DNA of 64,000 bases from the human T2T-CHM13v2.0 reference genome, Homo sapiens. The notes under the pieces were generated by a model. That model was not told where the DNA came from, ran no database searches, and saw only the letters and a program-made list of their open reading frames with translations. The stretch is taken from NCBI RefSeq assembly GCF_009914755.1, contig NC_060928.1; one strand, 5' to 3'. Both the position numbers and the translations under genes were made by a program. Below, one piece after another: positions 54,016 to 64,000 of the stretch (within the stretch, counting starts at the first letter, position 1; every line of letters starts with the position of its first letter).

Positions 54016-54989
54016 CCAATGGAAGGTGTGAGTTCTAATGCTCCATAGCAGAGAAGGGTGACTCGTTAGCAACATTATATTGTATATTTCAAAGTAGCTA
54101 GGAGCTTGAACTTAAATTGTTCCCTTAAAACTTAAAATACTTAAAATACTTCATATTTCTCATAGAAATGATAAATACTCAAGGTGATGGATATCCCAAA
54201 TATTCTGACTTGAACATTACATATTCTATGCACATTAAAAAATTGTATGTACCCCATAAATAGGTCAAATATGTATAAATTAAATTTTTAAAAATTAATA
54301 TAAAAACTAAAAAATAAAGTGAAAGAGGGAGGCAGAAGTGGGTGTCAAACTGATGCAACATGAGAAAGACTCAAACCTTAATCCGCTGTAGCTGGCTTTG
54401 ATGATTTCATGAGCCAAGAAATGCAGACACCTCTAGAACCTGGAAGAGGGAGGGAAACATTCTCCCTAAGAGCCTCCAGAAGGGACACAGCCCTGACAAA
54501 ACCTTGACTTTCCATGCTGTTCTTCTGACCTCCAGATACATTTTGTTGTTTCTATCCGTGAAGTTTGGAGTAATTTGTTAAAGCAGCAACAGGAAACGAA
54601 TCCTCTACCCCACAGGGATGTTGAGAAAACAAACTGAAATAACGTGTGATGCATGTTTAAGCTTAGTACCTAGTGAGTGATCAAAAATGTGAGCCACTGT
54701 GAAAATGCCCACTGCTATTATCGTTATAATATATGAGGACCTTATATATAAGCCTGCCCCGTGCCCATCTCTCCAGACTTGACTCTTGCAACCCTCGTCT
54801 GGCTCCATGCACAGACCCTAGTAGTCTACATGCCCAGACTACCTCCATTTCTTCCAAGTTCATATGTTTTCTACCTCTCTTCTTCCTTTGCATGATTATC
54901 TCTCTTTAAGAAATGCTTTTATTTGTTCTATCCACCTGGTTAACTTTTTCTTATCTGTCAGAACTTATGATGAGATTCTGAAGGCACTG

Positions 54990-55216
54990 GCAGAATTTAT
55001 CAACCTTGACATTATTGATATTTTGGACCAGATAATCCCTTGTTATGGGGGCTGTCCTGTGCACTGTGGGATGTTTAGGTGGAGCTGTGGCTTCCCCACC
55101 CTAGATGCCTGAAGCATCTCCCACTCCTTTCCCCCAAGTTGTGATAATCAAAAATATCTCCACACATCATCAAATGTGCTCCAGAGAGTGATATCACCCC
55201 TGGAGGAGAATCACTA
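54990..55216. mobile_element. MER20 DNA transposon
   Basis: tcaaccttgacattattgatattttggaccagataatc...ggctgtcctgtgcactgtgggatgtttag...gagaatcact. Confidence 0.85.
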
Positions 55217-55624
55217 CATTAAGAAGATATGATACCTGAATCCTTCCCTGAACCACAGCTATGCAACCTCTCAACTTCCTTGAGGAACACAATCCTACAG
55301 AAACCTCAAGCACCACTTTATTTATAGCTGAGCTGGAGCCCTAAACCTTGATGAAGACATTTCTAGGAGCAGCAGTGGAGGACAGGGAACCTCATTCTGC
55401 TGAGCTAGTTAGGACTCAGCACCTTCAGACCAGAGGCCAAATGTACCCAGGAGGATGCCACTGAGAGAGGCAGGCACTGGGATTGGCTGGTTCCATGTCA
55501 AGCACTGAGCAGACCCACACCCTGGCTGTGACCACCTCCCTGGGCAGGGCTGCAATGTGAGAAATAGATCAGGGAGGAGGTGGCTTTATATCTGACTGCA
55601 TGGAAGGGAGAGACAGATGAGAGA

Positions 55625-55919
55625 CACCTTTCTTGCCTTCTGGTAGCATTCCTCAGCCTGTGGCAGCATCACTCTGATTTCTACCTCCATCCTCACATGA
55701 CCCCATCCTCCCTGTCTTCCTGTCTCAAATATCTCTTTCCCTTAAAACAGCACCAGTCATTGGATTTAGGACCCACCCTAAATCCAGGATGATTTCATCT
55801 CCAGATACCTAATTTAATTACATCTTCAAATACGCTATGTCCAAATAAGGTCACATTCACAGACAGCAGGGTTAGGACTGGGACATAGATTTGGGAAGAC
55901 ACCATTCAGCCCACTACAA
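55625..55919 (-). mobile_element. MLT1 (B/C-like) LTR fragment
   Basis: cagtcattggatttaggacccaccctaaatccaggatgatttcatc...ccaaataaggtcacattcacag...cattcagcccactaca. Confidence 0.8.
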
Positions 55920-56166
55920 TCATGTTCTGGCTCCAGGACTACTGCTTTGCGAAGATTCCCGAGTGCCCCAGGAAGAGCTGGGTGGACCCCTCTTTGAGCC
56001 TTGTTATGCGCTACATTCACCCCTTCACTAGGGCTTCCCTGCAGTCGCTTATTGTGTATATGACACATCCAAATTTGCAACCAGGCGGTCCTTCTGGAAT
56101 TACCTCTATTTCCTGGTTACCTATTATAGGTCTCAGCACACGGTAGGTGTTTAATAAGTGTATATT

Positions 56167-56675
<509 letters not shown>

Positions 56676-58751
56676 TCACATTCAGTCAGTCACATTTAAT
56701 TGGAATGTACTGTGTTCTAGACAGCGCAGTAGAAACTACAATGGATAAATACACGGTCCCTTTCTTCAAAACCCAGACACTGTGAGTACGCTTTGAGCAC
56801 TACCATGTGCCTGCCATGGGGCTCACAGTTGGCCTAGGGAGGCAGGTGTGTGATGACAACTACAGTTGATTTGGGAGGTGCCAGGTCAGAGTACAGAACA
56901 CCAAGGAGCAAGGATAAAATCTGGCATCAAGGATCAACCAGGCTTTTAGGAGATGATGACCCAGATTGGGTTTTGCATTTTGAGGGAAGGGGATGTTTCC
57001 TAAGACAAAACATTCTAAAAAAAAAAATGTTCTCTGGGCAGTCTGAACATATATTTACTAATGGCAGTAAAAACTGTTACAGCCCTTTTGGAATGACATC
57101 TGGCCATAAGAATCAAGTACTTTTTAAATATTCACACATTCTGACCTGCTAGTTTCACTTTCTGGTGTTAGTATGTTGTCTATCACATACTAAGCCTCAA
57201 TAAGATCAATAATGAGATAGTAATAATTAGTAAACAGGGGGAAAACTGATAACCTATTTTTGTATCCCAGATAGCTCCCCACCACACCTCCCATCACTGT
57301 ACCAAAAATAAATTGCCAATTGTCATCTGGTTAAAGAACGACTTAAGCAGTACTCTTTCATTACCCTGTGGTTCAGGGGTCATATCAACTAGAAAGAAGT
57401 ATTCAGACGAAAAAAAATGGAAGACATGCAGATGTGTCATTTAGGATGAAAATTCCAATTCAATTTAAGGCACAACTTAGTCATTTCTGGGCACAGAGCT
57501 TTGGTTTCCCTTATGTCACAGGCTAGCATTTTGAGAATTTATGGTTCTGTGATGACAGAAAAGTGAGATACAAGAGAATCCAATTTATTCCCTAAAGGGA
57601 TTGTTCCATCTCCTAGGTATAAATTGCACCCGCAATTGGGTGGAGAGTGTTTATGTTAGATAATAAATTTTGGAAATAGGGACTTGGGTCGTAAGTTAAC
57701 GTCAGAGAAACTGGAATGAAATCTGAGAGCAGAATATGAAAGCAGGAAACAAATCTTTAAAAGGATCCAATAAATTAGAAACTGTTTTACAGAAGATGTT
57801 CAAAAGCAAGACGATGAATGTGGCATCAGTAAATCGGGTCAGCATTTTGGAAATGTCAGCACAAAGTGAGAACAGTAAGATGGTTAAAGCTTTATTCCCG
57901 TGTTCTCCCTCCAGCTCTGAATCTCTTCCCCAAGTGGAATCTTTCATTCGTTAATCTAGGCACTCAATACACAATAATGGGAACGTTTCAAAGCTTGGGC
58001 ATTAAGAACAAAGACATTAAGATGGAAAAAAAAACCCTCTACCCTTGAGAGGCTTCAATCCTTGTGGAAGGAGATCATTGGATATTGATAATAGCAGATA
58101 GCATATTTGGGCTGTTACCTCCAGGACATGCCAGGACACATTCACACACATGCACACACACACACACACACACAGGCACACAAAGGCACACAGTTGCATA
58201 TATTTATATCATGTTACAATCCAGTGCAGCCTCCCTTTCCCCATCTTGAAAGTGAGGAAAATGTAGGGCTAGAAAAGGTATGAATAATAACAGAGACAGG
58301 TAGTGACAAAGTGCTCTGAGACTTCTAAGGAGTGGGTTAACACATATACTTTATGTTTTGCCTGGGCTCATACAGAAGCTGAGCTTTGAAGTCTGAATAG
58401 GATTTTGATAGGTACAGATGGTGGAGAACATTTTTTCAGGAGGAGGAATTAACACAGGAAAGGGGTTGGCAGATTCATTGATCAGCAAATGTTCTACGTG
58501 GGCTCACTTCAAGTCTTCTTGTGCAGGACCTTGAGTGCAAGGTTATTAAATGTGTGCTTTATCTTGTAATAATTGCCATAAGCATTTTTGAAACCGTTCC
58601 TTAAAGTCAGATTGGGGTTAAGAGCAGGAAATTAAAGAGGAAAATGGTGTATTTTTCCATATTTATAGGTTGGTGATACTACCCATGGAACTTGCTGTTC
58701 TATTCCTCATGCTCAACCTGACAGCTTGTGCAGTCTTGGAAAAGCTGAGCT

Positions 58752-59500
58752 ATTCATTCATCCACTCACTCATCTACCCATCCATCCACCCATCCACCCA
58801 TCCATCCACTCATCCAACCACTCATCCAACCCTCCCTCCCTCCCTCCCTCCCTCCCTCCCTCCATCCACCTGTGCACTCAATAGTGATGTACCAAGCACC
58901 TACATCATGCCAGTCTAATGATGCAGCAGTGAACTAATGATCAAGTTTCTGCCATCTTAGTGCATATGTTCTAGTGGAGGGAGGCAAACAACAAAGAAAA
59001 ATCTGTGTATGTAACATGTCAGGCAGTGATAAGTGCTGTGAAATACTATAGGAGCACAGAAAGGGCCACAGGAGGGGGTCTGTTTTGCTGCTGTATTACA
59101 GAGACCAGAGAAAGACCTCTCTGATACAGGGACATGTGAGTAAAGAGCTGGAGGAACTGAGGGGTGAGGTGGCAACATTTCCAGGCGGAGGTATGGAGGC
59201 TCCAAGAGGAAGTGTGCTTGGTTGCCTCAGGAACAGCGAGCAGACCAGTGCAGCTGGAGCAACATGAATATTGGGAGAGTGGTAGGAGGCCAGGCCAGGG
59301 GGAAAGGTGAGACATGAGGTAATAGGGACTTATCAGCCTCTGCTTTTACTCTGAGAGAGTGGAAAGCTATTGCCAGTTTTCAGCAGTGAAGAAACATGGT
59401 TCAATCTATGCTTTCGATAGAGGAGCACACTGGCTGCTTTTTAGAGGATCATTCAGGCTGCTGTGTGGAAGATGGACTACAGGCAGGAGGAGAGTGAAGC
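58752..59500 (-). mobile_element. L2 3' fragment with (CATC)n/(CCCT)n expansion
   Basis: (CATC)n then (CCCT)n at 58755-58870, followed by L2 motifs gtaccaagcacctacatcatgccag and gtgataagtgctgtgaa. Confidence 0.75.
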
Positions 59501-60051
59501 AGCCTTTCTACCTACAGGTGATGAGAAGGCAAGGCTCTTGCTGGAGATCAGAGGAATATTCCAATGGAAGCTCAGATAACCCGCCGTATACCTCTTTTGG
59601 CCAAACCAGCCACAGTTCAGTTGCCTGGAAAGACAGACTCAAAGAACACTTGTCCATTTCAAAAATTCCATTGTGAAGTGCCAGACCCAGTGCCACGTTC
59701 TGGGATGACAGAATTAGGGCACAACCATGCCAACCTGAAAAGCACTCCATGGGGGCAGAACCATGCCAGCCTTCAAAGTACTCCATGCCCAGCAGGGAAA
59801 AGACTAGATACGCTCACAGATTACAATAACAACGAAGACAGTGCCAAGTGCTTTGAGAGGGAAAGCCCTATGTCAAGAGAATGTCACTGGACCAGCCAGA
59901 GGAGGGAGTGCAGGTGAGATCAGACACCCTTTGTAGAATAGACCGTGTGTGCGCTCTACTGTGAGGGGCTGGTTGTTGTCTGATAATTGGAGATGTGGGG
60001 TGTTGGGGCCATTACTGATGCAAGAGGTACACAGCATGTTTTATGGTTTTA

Positions 60052-61122
<1,071 letters not shown>

Positions 61123-61123
61123 T

Positions 61124-61208
61124 CTGGACTAGAATTCTGTAATAAAGAGCTTAAACTGGACTAGAATTCTATAATAAAGAGCTTAAACTGCTGGACTAAG
61201 GAATTCTG
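61124..61208. repeat. 32-bp tandem duplication plus a partial third copy
   Basis: ctggactagaattct(g/a)taataaagagcttaaa x2, then ctggactaaggaattctg. Confidence 0.92.
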
Positions 61209-63674
61209 ATTTTATTATATAGGCCATGGGAAAGCAATGGTGTACTCTGGGAAGACATACATAGCGGGTATTCTAGGAGGGTAAAGATTTAGGTCGGGGT
61301 AGATCATTAGGAGATGGCTACAAATATTAATATCATGTGATACACATATAAAACATAATGTCAAAATCAGCATTGCAGTTTGGAAGATGCTAACCATTAG
61401 AATTAACCTTTCATATTCATACTAATTGAGGTTGCTTCCTTTTTTCACCACCATGAAACGAACTTGAAAATTATAAATGTTTTGGTGCAGAAACTAAATT
61501 TATCTCTGGAATAGTAAACAAGCTTACTTTAATGTATGAGAGACTTCATCATCATCAAGATGTATAGAACACATTTTTAAGCAATAAAAATTGTATGTTG
61601 GGAGCGAGGAACTCTCCGTGGTGCTGAAAATAGACATTTTACTTGTGTTCCTCGATTTAAAGTTGGAATCGCAGATATGAAGGCACAAATAAGTCATAGA
61701 CAGTCAGCTAAGCCCCAGACATTGAATGAATAAATTTCAGCCTTTATGCACTCATGATCTATTTGTAAATTGTCAAGTGCCCCAATTCTTCCTCTCCCAT
61801 TCCAACATCCACTGAAATTCAAAACCCTCCTGGTTCACCTCTCTGCCTCAATGCATCACCATCTCTCATTTGGGCTAATTGATGCGCCTTTGGATAACTA
61901 AGGGTACAGGTAGAAGACAGAAACCACCATGAGTCTTTGAAACAGAGGGCACTTTGTACAAGAAATTAGTGACACAGATGCCTTTCTTCTGTATTGTGGA
62001 GCAAATGGGATGATGGAACAGCCCTGAGATTAGCAGCAGCCAGGTCCCTGCAGTGGAAACTAGACCTTCAGAAGACCTGCTTGGTGAAAGCCTGACAGCC
62101 ACCACGGAGGCAGGGGCTGTTTGATAAAAGCTGGAAAAACAGCAATGGAAGAGATGCATTTCTTCCAGAGGCATACCCAAAGAAGGCTGGGGTGAATACC
62201 CTGAATCCTCCCCAATTTCCACTCTCTAGTCTTCCATCTGTGCCTTCCCTGAGGCAAAGGCACCTGGACACTGGAGATCTGATCACTACCAGGCACATGA
62301 CTAGTATAACCTTGTCTCTATGGTTATACTTAGTGCTTTCATCAATTCAACCTCCATACTGCCTGGGTGATTTCCCAAAAACTTTGTTGTGTTGTCACTC
62401 CAAACTCAGGCATTATGCCCTGCATGACAGCTACCATGACTTCACAGGAAACACATTGGAGATCTCAGTGCTTTGCCCTCTCTGCTGCCAAAGCATCTCA
62501 CATACAACCACATTCCTGCCATCTTCACTTAACACATTTCTTCCACTAGGTTTCTGTCCCATGTTCTCATCATCAATATATCCCCAAAGCCTAACACGGT
62601 GCCTATCAGGAATGTTTAAAGGGTGAGCATAGAATGCAGTCATGAAAGTATACAAATTTTATAAATACATCTTTTATATAGATGTTTCAACAGTTTGAAT
62701 TTTAACTTTAAAGGGTCTTGCATCATTTAATTTAATTTATGCACCTATTATTTCGCTTTGGCTATATTTTATGATTCCACTTTTTTTAGAGGTGTAGAAA
62801 ATAAAGATTCAGAAGCTATGACTTGCCAAGGCCACAGGGTGATCCAGGGTTGGCACCAGATCCTGCCACTGATGTGTGACTGAGAGTCCAAAGCCTTGAT
62901 GAGCTGTGTCCTGTGGGTTCTGGGCAGATTTTAACCATTAAAGGCAGACTCCAGACTTGGTGCCAGGTTCATGTCTTAGCTCAGTTACTAAGCCTGACAT
63001 TGCTTTTTTTTAGAAATTACAGGGCTTGTCAAAGGCTGAGGCTTTTAGGCCACAATAGAATGACTTTTAGATCAAGACTATGAAGATCAGCTGGAGCAAA
63101 CATGCTCTAATCAGCCAAAGAATTATGGGTGGAGAAAAGCATTTTTGAGCCTTTGTATTGTGACTATTTTTTGTTTTCTTTATTAATAGACGTGCTTGCT
63201 AATTGTGACACATGTCCTCTTACCTATGGGGGTTCTGCTGTGTGAGAGATTTTCCTTTGAAGTGTTTACCCATTATTTGCCATAGAAGAATCCAATTTTC
63301 ATTGCTAATTAAATAATCTTAGTTACCGAGAAGGAAAACTCCCTCCTGGCATATTCAGATGAAATCAGCAGTTTCAAAATATGTATTCTCTCTCTATCCC
63401 TACTAAGTAGGTTAAGGTTCTGTCAATATTTACATAAACTAATGAATTATGAGAGATATATTGATCCATCCCCCTGCTGGAGGCATCCTTTTGAAAAAAA
63501 AATCAAACCATATCACTTTGCTTCTTAAAAACATTCACTGACCCCCCCCACTGTCCACAGGACAAAGTCTTAATGCCTTAGCACTGTCATTCAAATCCTT
63601 CAAGATTTGACCCCCTTAATTCTCACTTTTCCCACTGGTGCTTTAAGCTGCCAGGGTACAGCATCTTGTCATAA

Positions 63675-64000
63675 TTGTTTGCACAAAAATTCAGAATGAT
63701 AGAAACCCAAATCAAGCCAGTTTAAGAAAAAATAATTTTATTTTAGAAATAAAGTTCAGCATATCTGTTATTATTATTATTGGGCCTCAGTGAAAGAGAG
63801 AGAGAGAAGGGGAAAGAGACAGATCCTGCTTTGCAGGTCCCTGCTAGCTTCATTTGTCAAACATGCACTCTTCAGTGGGCTGGCAACATGCCTGCCAGCA
63901 AACCCCCACTGCCTGTGTCCAGCTGGGCCATTACAGTGGAAGGGGGTTTCTCTTTCACCAAATTCATATACCAACCCAAGAGAAGACTCTGATTGGTTAT
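63675..64000. mobile_element. Old MLT1-type LTR fragment
   Basis: gatagaaacccaaatcaagccagtttaag...gactctgattgg; very diverged. Confidence 0.5.

Noticed and set aside
57702-57954. Overlapping short ORFs as a further STK32B exon
   Set aside because: No kinase motifs (the next expected sequence is DIKPDN) and no clear splice sites.

Overview
Primate (most likely human) intronic DNA, roughly two-thirds interspersed repeats, with no prokaryotic features. The only protein-coding sequence I can support is one 174-nt internal exon on the + strand (30673-30846). It encodes [57 protein letters not shown](R), which I recognise as the kinase STK32B (YANK2). The rest is its flanking introns: L1s of several ages, Alus, MIR/L2, MaLR and ERVL LTRs, Tigger1, MER5A/MER20, MADE1/MADE2 and a ~1.36-kb AT-rich tandem block. 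Almost all ORF-track entries are L1/Alu/Tigger remnants or chance ORFs. I found no new gene system. The notable signals are mechanistic: (1) an L1PA insertion carrying a ~350-bp 3' transduction inside a 13-bp TSD; (2) two neighbouring twin-primed (5'-inverted) L1PAs that together form a ~415-bp inverted repeat; (3) a loop-less, perfect 60-bp MADE1 palindrome with mirrored substitutions; (4) a nested MLT1 > full-length L1MA > MST/Alu stack; (5) splice features of the isolated exon. Repeat subfamily names are from my recall of consensus sequences, and repeat boundaries are approximate unless a TSD is given.
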